Shown here: in pieces, positions 19,814 to 29,667 of the stretch
Numbering within the stretch: position 1 is the first letter of the stretch
How the letters are laid out: each line of letters begins with the position of its first letter
Source: Chloroflexota bacterium
GTDB lineage: Bacteria; Chloroflexota; Anaerolineae; Anaerolineales; UBA11579
Reading direction: 5' to 3'
Length of the DNA stretch: 64,000 bases
Assembly: GCA_023485685.1 (NCBI GenBank)
Contig: JAMCZK010000049.1
Coordinates: 1,778 to 65,777, forward strand
The notes under the pieces: model-generated
What the model saw: the letters and a program-made list of their open reading frames with translations, nothing else
What the model was told of the DNA's origin: nothing
The model's database searches: none
Made by a program: the position numbers and the translations under genes

Positions 19814-20332
19814 TCAATTGGTTTTTGGTAGCCGGTCAAACCAGCGCGGGCTGGGGGTTGCCATCCCTTTATTCCATAATTGGTAGGTTAGCTGCATGTG
19901 TCCAATGTGGAGTGAATAATGGTAAATGACATGGTGAATTGCCCAACGAACGGCGACGGCATGATCATCTTTCATAAAGCTGTCGTCGAGTTGTTCCGGT
20001 TTCAGCGCGCCCAGAACCTCTTGTGTTTCTTCTCCCACTCGGCGCAGGCGGGCCAACGGTTCCTCGGCCGAGGTAGCTATATAGCGGAATTCAGCATCCC
20101 GATCACGTGTTTGCGGGTATCGACCGATGCATTCGGCAATCCAGAAATGCTCAGCGCCGGCAACGTGAACAGCCAACACCGCCAGCGAATTCGTGGGGTC
20201 AGCGCCAGCCGGAAGGCTGGGGCGCCAATTCAACCCCGTTTGCGGAACATCTTTGATAATGCCAGCCACCTGGGCGCGTAGGTCTTCGAGGGATGCAATG
20301 TATTGTTGGATTTCGGCGAGCATTGCATCCAT
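19814..20332 (-). CDS. DinB/DUF664 family protein
   Basis: LNWRP, NSLAVLAVHVAGAEHFW, RDRDAEF, HYSLHIGHMQL. Confidence 0.85.
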   Translation of the reverse strand: MDAMLAEIQQYIASLEDLRAQVAGIIKDVPQTGLNWRPSLPAGADPTNSLAVLAVHVAGAEHFWIAECIGRYPQTRDRDAEFRYIATSAEEPLARLRRVGEETQEVLGALKPEQLDDSFMKDDHAVAVRWAIHHVIYHYSLHIGHMQLTYQLWNKGMATPSPRWFDRLPKTN

Positions 20333-20401
20333 ATTGTAGTCGACACTTCAGGCAGGCAATTTTTCTTGACCTAGCATGCTTTCCGTGCTATCATGCTAGC
20401 A

Positions 20402-20695
20402 GTGATCGTTTCCTTCAAAAACGACGGTACGGAAGATATTTACAATGGTCAGAATACAAATTCAGCACGCCGAGTACTCCCCAGAGATTTATGGAGGATT
20501 GCCGCAAGAAAACTTGACTTATTGGATGCGGCACACGCCTTGAGCGACTTGCGGATCCCGCCCGCGAACCGGCTTGAAGCTCTAAAAGGTGATCGCCAGG
20601 GACAATACAGCATCCGAATCAACCAACAATACCGGGTCAGCTTTGTGTGGACAAATCTGGGGCCTGATCAGGTTGAAATTACGGATTATCACTAG
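20402..20695 (+). CDS. higB: HigB (RelE-like) toxin
   Basis: IVSFK, ARKLDLL, DLRIPPANRLEALKGDRQGQYSIRINQQYRV, EITDYH. TTGACC-17-TATCAT promoter carries an inverted repeat ctagcatg/catgctag; GTG start is probably leaderless. Confidence 0.92.
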   Translation: MIVSFKNDGTEDIYNGQNTNSARRVLPRDLWRIAARKLDLLDAAHALSDLRIPPANRLEALKGDRQGQYSIRINQQYRVSFVWTNLGPDQVEITDYH

Positions 20696-20704
20696 GAGTT
20701 GCAA

Positions 20705-21010
20705 ATGACTATTCGGATCCCAACTAACAGATCCCCGACTCATCCAGGCGAAATGCTGCTGGCAGAATTCCTGGAACCCCTGAAGATCAGCCAGCAAACT
20801 CTTGCTTCGCGCATCCATGTGCCATATCAGCGCATCAATGAGATTGTGAACGGGCGGCGTGGAGTTTCTCCCAGCACAGCGCTTCGCTTAGCCAAATTCC
20901 TCAGAACCACACCCCAGCTTTGGCTCAATCTGCAATTGCGCTGGGACTTATACAAGGCGAATCAATCCGAGGAGAAGGCTCTCAAAGAGATCCGCCCTGT
21001 AGGCAAATAA
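20705..21010 (+). CDS. higA: HigA antitoxin (HTH)
   Basis: PTHPGEMLLAEFL, RINEIVNGRRGVS, ALRLAK, WLNLQ. Confidence 0.92.
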   Translation: MTIRIPTNRSPTHPGEMLLAEFLEPLKISQQTLASRIHVPYQRINEIVNGRRGVSPSTALRLAKFLRTTPQLWLNLQLRWDLYKANQSEEKALKEIRPVGK

Positions 21011-21135
21011 GGCGCGTCAGCCGAAGCCCTCGGAACTGAAAATCGTCTTCCTCACGCTTCCATGGCAGGCTATGAGCTAGCTCAGCAAGCCTCCTGCATG
21101 GCGATCAAAAAATAACGCCATTAGGCGCTATTCTT

Positions 21136-22572
21136 TCACTTCACAATCCCACCTTCAGTGAGTTTGCGTAAATCACCCAGGGCTTTTTTGATCTCGTCGG
21201 CGCTAACTTTGCGATCCTGGCTTACATGCTTGAGCTCGCCGGCATCCGCTTTTTCCACGGCAACTTCTCCAACTGTGCGCTCTTCCTTTAGGGCCTGCTT
21301 CACCAAGGCCGCGCCTGCCTGGTAACCGATCAGCGGGTTAAGCGCCGTGATGATGATGGCGTTGCGAGCCAGCCAGCCTTCGGCTTTCTCTTTATTAGCA
21401 GTCAGCCCAACCACACATTTATCAGTGAAGGCACGCAGCGATCCTATCATTACTTGCATCATCTCAAACAAATTGTGAGCGATGATTGGCATCATCACGT
21501 TCAACTCGAGTTGACCTGCCTGGACGGCCAACGCCACCGTGGTGTCGCAGCCGATCACATGGAACATGGCCATATCGGTCATCTCGGCCATTACCGGGTT
21601 CACCTTGCCGGGCATGATGCTGGATCCAGGCTGCAGAATTGGCAGCCGCAGCTCATCCAATCCGGTAGACGGCCCTGAAGCCAGCAAGCGGAAGTCATTA
21701 GCAATGCGAATCATGGTGAGCGCCAACGTGCGCATGGCAGCCGAAAAGTCGGCGGCATCTGCCAGGGATTGCATGCTCTCAAATAAATTATCGGAGGTGT
21801 GCAATTCGAGACCCGTGATCTCCGAGAGTCGCTTGACCATGCGCGCGTGGTATTCAGGGTGCGCGTTGAGACCGGTGCCGGTGGCGGTGCCGCCAATCGG
21901 CATACGGCGCAGCATGTCACCGGCCCGCCGAATGCGTTCGCCGTCGCGCGTTACCGCCTTGGCGTAGCCGCCGAATTCCTGTCCCAGGCGCACGGGCACC
22001 GCATCTTGCAGATGGGTGCGTCCTGATTTCACAATCGGGTCGAATTCCTTGGCTTTGGTGGCCAACGCGGCCGCCAAACCATCCACGACATCGAGCAATT
22101 CATCCAGGCGCCAGAGGCAGCCCAGACGGATGGCCGTCGGTATGGTGTCGTTAGTCGATTGGGCCATGTTCACGTGATCGTTTGGATTCACGAGGCTCTT
22201 GCCGACTTCACCGCCAAGCAATTGTGTGGCACGACTGGCGACTACCTCGTTGACGTTCATGTTGTGGCTGGTGCCCGCGCCGGCCTGGAATGGGTCGACC
22301 ACAAACTGGTCATCCCACTTACCCTCCATAACTTCGGCTGCCGCTTTCGAGATTGCCTCGGCTTTTTCCTTGTCAAGCAAGCCGAGCGCGTGGTTCACGT
22401 CGGCAGCCGCGCGCTTGATAGCCGCCATGGACCAGATGAACGCGCGCCAGGGCCTGAGGCCTGAAATGGGGAAATTTTCCACAGCCCGCTGCGTTTGCGC
22501 TCCGTAGAGCGCGTTCCGGGGTACGCGGACTTCGCCAAGGGAGTCTTTTTCGATACGAACCAAATCTGCCAT
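21136..22572 (-). CDS. Class II fumarate hydratase / aspartate ammonia-lyase
   Basis: RIEKDSLG, YGAQTQRA, QSTND, GRTHLQDA, GSSIMPGKVNP; ATG 22572 after AGGAGG; fumC versus aspA not resolved. Confidence 0.92.
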   Translation of the reverse strand: MADLVRIEKDSLGEVRVPRNALYGAQTQRAVENFPISGLRPWRAFIWSMAAIKRAAADVNHALGLLDKEKAEAISKAAAEVMEGKWDDQFVVDPFQAGAGTSHNMNVNEVVASRATQLLGGEVGKSLVNPNDHVNMAQSTNDTIPTAIRLGCLWRLDELLDVVDGLAAALATKAKEFDPIVKSGRTHLQDAVPVRLGQEFGGYAKAVTRDGERIRRAGDMLRRMPIGGTATGTGLNAHPEYHARMVKRLSEITGLELHTSDNLFESMQSLADAADFSAAMRTLALTMIRIANDFRLLASGPSTGLDELRLPILQPGSSIMPGKVNPVMAEMTDMAMFHVIGCDTTVALAVQAGQLELNVMMPIIAHNLFEMMQVMIGSLRAFTDKCVVGLTANKEKAEGWLARNAIIITALNPLIGYQAGAALVKQALKEERTVGEVAVEKADAGELKHVSQDRKVSADEIKKALGDLRKLTEGGIVK

Positions 22573-22601
22573 TTCTCCTCCTTTAACTGCATTAACCGCG
22601 T

Positions 22602-22658
22602 GGTAGGGGCGGGGTGACCCCGCCCTCACTGATCAGGGCGAGGGAACCTCGCCCCTAC
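22602..22658. repeat. REP doublet
   Basis: gtaggggcggggtgaccccgccct...agggcgagggaacctcgcccctac. Confidence 0.75.
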
Positions 22659-22793
22659 CAAAGCACCAAAGTCAATTTGGGGTTCAATTTTATTCTAGCC
22701 GATAAACCATGTTCCTTATCGAGCCCGAAGAAAAAGAGGAAGCTTCTGCTTCCTCTTCATTCTTCGGCGAAAGACTATGCAATTTGCCTGCGG

Positions 22794-23219
22794 CTATTTG
22801 GCGTGTTGCTGCCAGCCTTCCCAATACCCGGGCCCGTTCTGGAAGTAATCGTAATTGGGCTGGATATCGGGGCGCAGGTTCACGGTTTCGCCGGCCTGTA
22901 ACACCTTGGTGCTATCCATCTTCACGGCGTGGCCGTGGTGGTTGCTGCCTTCGTATACCTGGTCGAAGCCAGGGGTGCCTACCGGCTGCGCAATGCGTTC
23001 GCCGCCCTTGGCCGCATACGCTTCCGGGACCTCGTCCTCGGTGAAGATGGCCTCGAACGGGCACTCCGGGATGCAAGCGCCGCAGTCGATGCAGGTGGCT
23101 GGGTCGATGTAGTACCAGGGATATTTATCCTGGGGCATACCAGGAACGATGCATTCCACCGGGCAAACATCCACGCAGCCGCCGTCTCGCAGGCACAAAC
23201 TGGTAATGATATGGGTCAT
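22794..23219 (-). CDS. Dicluster (7Fe/8Fe) ferredoxin with C-terminal extension
   Basis: CLRDGGCVDVCPVECI and CIDCGACIPECP. Confidence 0.88.
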   Translation of the reverse strand: MTHIITSLCLRDGGCVDVCPVECIVPGMPQDKYPWYYIDPATCIDCGACIPECPFEAIFTEDEVPEAYAAKGGERIAQPVGTPGFDQVYEGSNHHGHAVKMDSTKVLQAGETVNLRPDIQPNYDYFQNGPGYWEGWQQHAK

Positions 23220-23265
23220 ACTGGTGGTCCTCCGTTAGACCGAAAATTATCCGCCGGTTTGGTCG

Positions 23266-23871
23266 TTAGCCGGCGAAGCGTTTACTCACTTCGTCCCAAT
23301 TTACCACGTTCCACCATGCCGCGATGTAATCCGGGCGGCGGTTCTGGTAATTGAGGTAATAGGCGTGCTCCCAAACATCGATACCCAAAATCGGAGAGAG
23401 TCCGTTGGACATGGGATTGTCCTGATTGGGTGTAGCCACTACACTGAGCGCGCCATTCTTATCCTTGACAAGCCAGCCCCATCCGCTGCCGAACTGGCCC
23501 ACAGCTGCGGCGGCGAGCTTCTCTTTGAATGTCTTGAAATCCCCAAATGCTTTCTTGATTGCATCTGCCAGCGCGCCAGAGGGTTCGCCCCCGCCTTTGG
23601 GCGACATGATGACCCAGAACATGCTGTGGTTCCAGTGACCGCCGCCGTTGTTGCGCACTGCAGTGCGGATGTCTTCGGGGACAGCGTTCAAATCTTTGAG
23701 CAGATCTTCGACTGATTTGTTGCCGAGTTCAGCATGTTTCTCGATAGCCGCGTTGAGATTGTTGATATAAGCCTGGTGATGCTTGTCGTGATGGATTTCC
23801 ATCGTGCGCGCATCGATGTGCGGTTCCAAAGCGTTGAATTCATAGGGGAGTTTGGGAAGGGTGAATACCAT
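23266..23871 (-). CDS. sodA: Superoxide dismutase, probably Mn
   Basis: [32 protein letters not shown]. Confidence 0.93.
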   Translation of the reverse strand: MVFTLPKLPYEFNALEPHIDARTMEIHHDKHHQAYINNLNAAIEKHAELGNKSVEDLLKDLNAVPEDIRTAVRNNGGGHWNHSMFWVIMSPKGGGEPSGALADAIKKAFGDFKTFKEKLAAAAVGQFGSGWGWLVKDKNGALSVVATPNQDNPMSNGLSPILGIDVWEHAYYLNYQNRRPDYIAAWWNVVNWDEVSKRFAG

Positions 23872-23954
23872 GGTTGCTCCTTTTGCACAGGTTACTGGAA
23901 AAAACGACCAGTAAATTGTTGCGTTACAATTCGTGGCGAACGAATCGATTGTAA

Positions 23955-24980
23955 TTGCGCCCCACCCCTTTGTCAAGAAAATCACAAATTAATCACTTGG
24001 ACGCGCCCTCAACCCCAAAATTTCCACCGGATTTCATCCGAACATATCTGGTGCTGCTCCTCGGCATCTTTGCCGTCGCTTCAGCTTCATTGCTCATACG
24101 ATTCGCTCAACGCGAAGTCGCTTCTCTGGTGATTGCCGCTTACCGCATGGGCCTCTCGGGACTAATCCTCATACCATTCACTATTCCCCGCTACAACCCC
24201 GAATTGCGTCGGCTTTCCGGGCGCGAGTTGCTGCTTGCCGCGCTCGCCGGATTGCTCCTGGCGCTACATTTCGCCACCTGGATCCTGTCGTTGGAGTACA
24301 CTTCCGTGGCCAGCTCAGTGGTGCTGGTGACCACGAACCCGTTATGGGTTGCGCTGCTTGCGCCGTTCGTGCTCAAGGAACGACTGTCGCCGCTCATCGT
24401 GATTGGTCTGCTGGTGGCTCTGGCCGGCACGGTGGTCATCGGCCTCAGCGATGCCTGCGAGCAAACAGTCGTAGGCCTGGCTTGCCCACCGCTTAGCCAG
24501 TTCGTCCAGGGCAAAGCCTTCTGGGGCGATCTGCTGGCACTAGCCGGCGCCTGGACTGGGGCAGGTTACATCCTTATTGGTCGCAGCCTGCGCCCCACGT
24601 TGTCCTTGACCCCCTACATCTTCCTGGTTTATGGCATGGCTGGATTGATTTTGATCGGTATGGTAGCCGTTTCCGGGCAACCTGCCTTCGGCTTCTCTCC
24701 CATCATTTACATTTATCTGTTGCTTCTAGCCCTGCTGCCCCAATTGCTAGGCCACTCCAGCTTCAACTGGGCCTTGGCACACCTGCCCGCTTCCTACGTA
24801 TCCATTGCTTTGCTTGGCGAGCCAGTAGGTGCCAGCATATTGGCAGCCGTGCTCCTCGGGGAGATGCCAGGCGGACTGAAACTGGTGGGCATAGCTTTGA
24901 TCCTGGCCGGGATCGTAATTGCCACACTTAGAGCCAACAGCCAGCCTGCCACTGTGTATAATAAAAATCTCAACGCATAA
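23955..24980 (+). CDS. DMT/EamA family transporter (start uncertain, possibly TTG 23997)
   Basis: About ten TM segments; [38 protein letters not shown]. Confidence 0.9.
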   Translation: MRPTPLSRKSQINHLDAPSTPKFPPDFIRTYLVLLLGIFAVASASLLIRFAQREVASLVIAAYRMGLSGLILIPFTIPRYNPELRRLSGRELLLAALAGLLLALHFATWILSLEYTSVASSVVLVTTNPLWVALLAPFVLKERLSPLIVIGLLVALAGTVVIGLSDACEQTVVGLACPPLSQFVQGKAFWGDLLALAGAWTGAGYILIGRSLRPTLSLTPYIFLVYGMAGLILIGMVAVSGQPAFGFSPIIYIYLLLLALLPQLLGHSSFNWALAHLPASYVSIALLGEPVGASILAAVLLGEMPGGLKLVGIALILAGIVIATLRANSQPATVYNKNLNA

Positions 24981-24995
24981 GGAAGGAGACGACCA

Positions 24996-25463
24996 ATGCT
25001 CATCCGTTGCATCCATTGTTTCACTCCCTTCACGATGACTGAGGAGGCCATGTATGCCGCCCTCGACGAGGTGGAGGCCAAGGGTTACAAGCACTACAAC
25101 GCTTATTGCCCGCGCTGCGGCCGCCCCAACATGGTGGCCCGCGCCCAGCTGGAGCGCGAAGCCCCCGGCTGGGCACCAAGGCATCCAGCTGGCGCCACGA
25201 CCCCTGCACCCGGCGCTATGCCTCCCATGCGCCCGGCGCCGGTGACCACACCTCCAGCCCCCCATCCGGCTAGTTCACCCACAACCGCCGCAAAGGTAGG
25301 CACCGCCGGCGCAGCCAAACCCAAGCCTGCCACTAAGCAAAAGGCTGCGCCCAGGAAAGCGGCTGCCAAGAAACCAGCAACAAAGAAGGCGGCCAAAGCA
25401 AAGGCAACCAAGGCCAAGAGCATCGCCAAGAAAAAGAAGACTGGCGGGAAGAAAAAGAAGTGA
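24996..25463 (+). CDS. Zn-ribbon protein with Pro-rich linker and histone-H1-like Lys/Ala tail
   Basis: CIHC...CPRC, then AAPRKAAAKKPATKKAAKAK...; GGAAGGAG SD. Confidence 0.8.
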   Translation: MLIRCIHCFTPFTMTEEAMYAALDEVEAKGYKHYNAYCPRCGRPNMVARAQLEREAPGWAPRHPAGATTPAPGAMPPMRPAPVTTPPAPHPASSPTTAAKVGTAGAAKPKPATKQKAAPRKAAAKKPATKKAAKAKATKAKSIAKKKKTGGKKKK

Positions 25464-25469
25464 TAAACG

Positions 25470-25494
25470 AAAACGACCCCGCAAGGGGTCGTTT
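25470..25494 (+). terminator. Intrinsic terminator
   Basis: aaacgacccc-gcaa-ggggtcgttt. Confidence 0.75.
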
Positions 25495-25555
25495 GGGACT
25501 CATGAGTTCATGTAGAAGACCGCGTGCATGTAGGTATTGGTAACAAAGGAGGGCC

Positions 25556-26077
25556 ATGATGTCCACGCAATCCCTAAAATCTAGCGCTTGGCTGGACATA
25601 GTCCTTTGATGCGTCGGGTTGCTGCTGGCCGCAGCGTTTCAGATTTGGTCGCGCCATTGGCATTTACTATTCACCCAACAGTTGAATATCACTGCGGGGC
25701 AGTTTGACGCGGCTGCTCTCTGGTTTTCCACGTTTGATATCGTGTTAGGCATCGTGAGTGGCGCTCTTTTGGCAGCGGCCATCATTCCAAAAGCGACAGG
25801 GCCGAGGATTCCGCGGGCCGTAATCGCTTTGGGCGTCTTGCTGCCGGCCATCGGCTTGGCCATCAAATTGGGTACAGCAACCGGTATTTATTACCCACCT
25901 TTAACATATTTGATGGTATGTGAATGGGCAGTAAATTCCGGGTTGCCGCCTTTTTGGCTGGGTTTTACTCTCGGGGTGCTTGTCAAGCAACTTCGGACGC
26001 GAGGGGAGGCGGTGGAACCCGTTTTCAAGGCTAAGAGTATCGCAAAGAAGAAGGCTAGCGCCAAAAAGAAGAAGTAA
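25556..26077 (+). pseudogene. Membrane protein with in-frame TGA at 25607 and a Lys-rich tail duplicated from the upstream gene
   Basis: AAGGAGG then ATG at 25556, in frame with track ORF 25619; reads ...DIVL*CVGLLL. Confidence 0.6.
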
Positions 26078-26141
26078 AAGCTAAAACGACCCCTAAATCA
26101 AGACGGCCTTTCGGCCGTCTTGATTTTTAAGGGGTCGTTCT

Positions 26142-26927
26142 TTACAGTTGGGACGCTCTACCTATTTGTTTCTCAACAAACCGAATGAACTCCAATACTC
26201 CCTCTTGATACGAGAATTCATTCCCGTATTTCCAGTTGTCAGCAGCCTGTATCAGTTCAGCCCAATCAGGGAATTTCGAGATCACCCATGATGTTGCTAC
26301 TTTCTTCGATCTTACGTCCGAATTAGCAACGGTATATAAAATTCGACAAAGATTTAGGACAACGTAAGATTGATAATGGCTATCGTCAAGCCAATCCTTG
26401 TTACGCAATATCGGTTCCCATTCTTCGTGGAAATCTTTGATGCAAGCCGTTTTGACTTGATCAATGCTCGGTGCGGTTAAAAGAGACTTAACATCGGGTC
26501 CGAATAAAACCAAGCCGTGTTTATACAATAGATAATTATTGATTATCCATTCATTGCCATACTGAGCATCAGGCCAAAACCTGCCATCCCCAAAATAAGG
26601 ACGCTTTCCAGGAGGTTCAGTTTTCTCAAACATTTCTTTTGGTGTGTAAGATACTTCAACTCGATTAGCCCACTTTGGATGTTTTTCTTTCAGTTGAGAA
26701 AGAATTTCTTGGAGATCGTCTATTTCACTGGAGGTTGCGGGCTTTTCCAAAACCGCTACCAGATCTATGTCGCTGCGTTTAGGGTCGAAGTCGTCATAGG
26801 TGAGGGAACCGAAAAGATACAAACCAACTAAAGAACTTCCTAGAGAAGCGGAAATCTGATCGGTTACGAACGCCAAGACCTCATTTACATCGCTATAAGG
26901 GGTTATTTGTTCTACAACGGGTTTCAT
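26142..26927 (-). CDS. Nucleotidyltransferase, aminoglycoside adenylyltransferase-like (DUF4111 type)
   Basis: GLYLFGSL...SDIDL, VEVSY, YVVLNLCRILYT, SKKVA; substrate not inferable. Confidence 0.82.
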   Translation of the reverse strand: MKPVVEQITPYSDVNEVLAFVTDQISASLGSSLVGLYLFGSLTYDDFDPKRSDIDLVAVLEKPATSSEIDDLQEILSQLKEKHPKWANRVEVSYTPKEMFEKTEPPGKRPYFGDGRFWPDAQYGNEWIINNYLLYKHGLVLFGPDVKSLLTAPSIDQVKTACIKDFHEEWEPILRNKDWLDDSHYQSYVVLNLCRILYTVANSDVRSKKVATSWVISKFPDWAELIQAADNWKYGNEFSYQEGVLEFIRFVEKQIGRASQL

Positions 26928-27355
26928 CCCTGATTAGTTTTTCCAAACCACAGCCTGGCAACAGCAACCCACATCATTACCAAAAATGAAATTCCAGAAT
27001 AGGTTTCTGGAACGGGCGTGAGGGCTTTGCGAATGATGTAGGGGATGAAAAAGATAAAGTCTGCGCGAGCGATCCATTGAAGTGTGAAGAGAATTATGTA
27101 AATGAGAGAAATGACAAGAAGGACGAAGTAAACCCACCGATCTGGCTTGAGATGGACAAGCGCGAGGAACACAAATGCAACGATCAACAGGGCAAAGACC
27201 ATTGCCATTCCTAGATGGCCAACAATGGGGAGTTCAAAGTCAAAAGTGCTGCCAGCATATTTTCTGAGCAATTCGGCCCAATAGTCGAATAGGTTTGAGA
27301 TGAACACCAATGCAAAAGCGGCGATCAGAATAATTATGTTGGGGTTGGCTTTCGT
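26924..27355 (-). CDS. Membrane protein (about 4 TM); SD-positioned start codon is ACG
   Basis: Hydrophobic ORF; GAGGAGGAG followed by in-frame ACG at 27355; ATGA overlap with the downstream gene. Confidence 0.6.
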   Translation of the reverse strand, partial: TKANPNIIILIAAFALVFISNLFDYWAELLRKYAGSTFDFELPIVGHLGMAMVFALLIVAFVFLALVHLKPDRWVYFVLLVISLIYIILFTLQWIARADFIFFIPYIIRKALTPVPETYSGISFLVMMWVAVARLWFGKTNQG

Positions 27356-27388
27356 AGCTCCTCCTCTTTTAGCCGTTACACCTACATA

Positions 27389-28903
27389 TTACACCCGCCC
27401 AGCCTCACGATTCAATTTCACAATCTTTTCGGCCAGCTCATCCGTCAATGCGCTGGCCCCCACGCGCCAGCCCCAGTTGCCCAGCGGACGGCCGGGGTAG
27501 TTCATGCGCGCTTCGGCACCCACCTCCAGGAAATCCTGGAGCGGCGCCACCACTAAGCTGGCACGCGAATCCCAGAGCACGCGGATCATGTCCCAGGCGA
27601 TGTGCTTGCCATCACTGCCGAGATATTCCATGGCGAACTTGCGCTCGGCTTCGGGCGCCTTGGCAAACCAGCCCACCGCCGTGTCGTTGTCGTGGGTCCC
27701 CGTGTAGGCCACGCAATTCTCCGGATAATTGTGGGGCAGGAACTTGTGATCAAGCCCGGCGTCGAAGCCAAATTGAAAAACCTTCATTCCGGGCAGCCCA
27801 AAATCATCGCGCAGCTTGATCACCAGCGGTGAGCTTTCGCCGCCCAGGTCTTCGGCGATCACGGGCAAGCTGCCCAGTTTGTCGCGCACCGTCTGCAGGA
27901 AATCGGCGCCAGGCCCCGGTTCCCACTTTCCGTTCTCGGCCGTAGGCTCATCAGCGGGTATCGCATAGTAATCCGCGAAGCCGCGAAAATGATCCAGGCG
28001 CAGCACATCCACCAGGTCCAGGTTGGCATGCAGGCGCTCAAGCCACCACGCGTAGCCATGCTTCTTCATCACGTCCCAGCGATACAGCGGGTTGCCCCAG
28101 AGTTGGCCGGTGGCCGAGAACATGTCGGGCGGCACGCCGGCCACGCGATAGGGCTTGCCATGTACATCCATCTCGAAGAGATGGCGATGCACCCAGACGT
28201 CAGCGCTGTCGCGCGCCGCATAGATAGGGAGATCGCCGATCAAACGGATATTCAACTCAGCCATGCGGCGGCGAAGCCGCGCCCATTGACGGAAGAAGAG
28301 AAATTGCTGAAACGCGTAATACGATTGCGTGGAAGCGAATTGCTGGCGGGCTTTCTTCATCGCCTCGGGACCCCGGTCGCGCAAATCTCCCGGCCAGGCC
28401 GTCCAGGCGCGCAATTCCTGCTGAGCCTTGATAGTCATGTAGAGACTGTAATCTTCAAGCCACCCATTCGCTCCGCTCAGGGCATGCTTTTCATTCTTCT
28501 CACGGAACTCTTCAAATTCGGCGCGCAGTTTTGGCAGTTCGCCGAGGCGCATGAAAGCGACCTGAAACAGGCCGCGCTTCCATTCAATCATTGTGGAGAA
28601 ATCCACGCGCTGGGTCGGGAACTCGGGACGATTCTGCAGATGTTCTTCGTCAATCAATCCGTCTTCGAGCATCAGGGCAGGACTGATCATGACCGGATTG
28701 CCGGCGAAGGACGAGAATGATTGATAGGGAGAATCGCCGTAGCCGGTGGGGCCAAGCGGCAATACCTGCCACCAGCGGCAGCCGGCCGCGGCCAGGAAAT
28801 CGAGCCAATCGTAAGCTCCCTGCCCCAGATCTCCGATTCCGTAGGGGCCGGGGAGACTGGTGACGTGCAGCAAGATTCCGGATTTGTGTCGGAAGTCCAT
28901 CAA
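27389..28903 (-). CDS. malQ: 4-alpha-glucanotransferase (amylomaltase, GH77)
   Basis: SGILLHVTSLP, WQVLPL, GDLPIY, GVPPD, GQLWGNP, RLDHFRGF, AEDLG, THDNDT. Confidence 0.96.
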   Translation of the reverse strand: MMDFRHKSGILLHVTSLPGPYGIGDLGQGAYDWLDFLAAAGCRWWQVLPLGPTGYGDSPYQSFSSFAGNPVMISPALMLEDGLIDEEHLQNRPEFPTQRVDFSTMIEWKRGLFQVAFMRLGELPKLRAEFEEFREKNEKHALSGANGWLEDYSLYMTIKAQQELRAWTAWPGDLRDRGPEAMKKARQQFASTQSYYAFQQFLFFRQWARLRRRMAELNIRLIGDLPIYAARDSADVWVHRHLFEMDVHGKPYRVAGVPPDMFSATGQLWGNPLYRWDVMKKHGYAWWLERLHANLDLVDVLRLDHFRGFADYYAIPADEPTAENGKWEPGPGADFLQTVRDKLGSLPVIAEDLGGESSPLVIKLRDDFGLPGMKVFQFGFDAGLDHKFLPHNYPENCVAYTGTHDNDTAVGWFAKAPEAERKFAMEYLGSDGKHIAWDMIRVLWDSRASLVVAPLQDFLEVGAEARMNYPGRPLGNWGWRVGASALTDELAEKIVKLNREAGRV

Positions 28904-28951
28904 GCGGGCATTCTACCTTGATTAAACCGAAGGGTCAGAATTAATAGGCGC

Positions 28952-28999
28952 GATTAACTGATTAACGGATTAATCGATTAATCTGTTAATCGGTTAATC
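28952..28999. repeat. Palindromic array of six 8-bp units (GATTAACn/nGTTAATC)
   Basis: gattaact gattaacg gattaatc gattaatc tgttaatc ggttaatc; second array at 48747-48809. Confidence 0.85.
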
Positions 29000-29008
29000 A
29001 AAAAGGAG

Positions 29009-29644
29009 TTATTCGTCGACCCGTTTATCCGGCACGATGTATATCAGCGGCAAACTGACCAGGGTCACCGCATACTTGACCAGCAGATTCACGATAAAGA
29101 TTCCCCACACCGATTCCCAGGGCAGGACGCCAGCGAACGCACCAATAGAAAAAATGAGATTGTCCACCGGTACGCTGAAGCTGTTGCTGATCAAGACCCG
29201 CAGCCACTGGTAACGGTGAGTGATGCGTGTGACGACCAGGTGATAGATTTCAGTATCCATCAGTTCGCTGGCGACCTCGGCGACGATGGAGGCTAATACG
29301 ATGCGCCAAACTGGGGCCAGCACGGCGCTGAATTCAGCCCCCAGCCCCCAACCCGGGTCGCTGGGAAAGGCCGCCGCCCACATCAGGTAGGCGGCCATAA
29401 AAAGATTGATGACCCCCGCGCTGATAATGAGCACGCGGGCGTTGTGGCGACCCAGGACTTTGTGCACCACGTCGCGTAAGGTGAATGTGATCGGATAGAT
29501 AAAGGTACCCATGTCTACGGCTAAACCAGCAATCAGGCCGATCTTGATACTGGCGACGTCCGCCAGCATTTGAGCGGCGATATAGGCGGCCACCACGATC
29601 ACGGCGATGGCTGGGATAAGTTGGCGGACCTGTTTTGCGCTCAT
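29009..29644 (-). CDS. Queuosine precursor transporter (VUT/YhhQ family)
   Basis: YPITFTLRDVV, RIVLASIVA, RVLISN...VDNLIF; preceded by a preQ1 riboswitch. Confidence 0.9.
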   Translation of the reverse strand: MSAKQVRQLIPAIAVIVVAAYIAAQMLADVASIKIGLIAGLAVDMGTFIYPITFTLRDVVHKVLGRHNARVLIISAGVINLFMAAYLMWAAAFPSDPGWGLGAEFSAVLAPVWRIVLASIVAEVASELMDTEIYHLVVTRITHRYQWLRVLISNSFSVPVDNLIFSIGAFAGVLPWESVWGIFIVNLLVKYAVTLVSLPLIYIVPDKRVDE

Positions 29645-29667
29645 TTAATGCCTTCCTTTTAGCAATG

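Noticed and set aside
20393..21010. higBA as a marker of a defence island
   Set aside because: Isolated standard type II TA pair between housekeeping genes, with no other defence genes nearby.
28952..28999. Possible CRISPR array (also 48747-48809 and 9782-9812)
   Set aside because: Units are 7-8 bp and contiguous, with no spacers and no cas genes.
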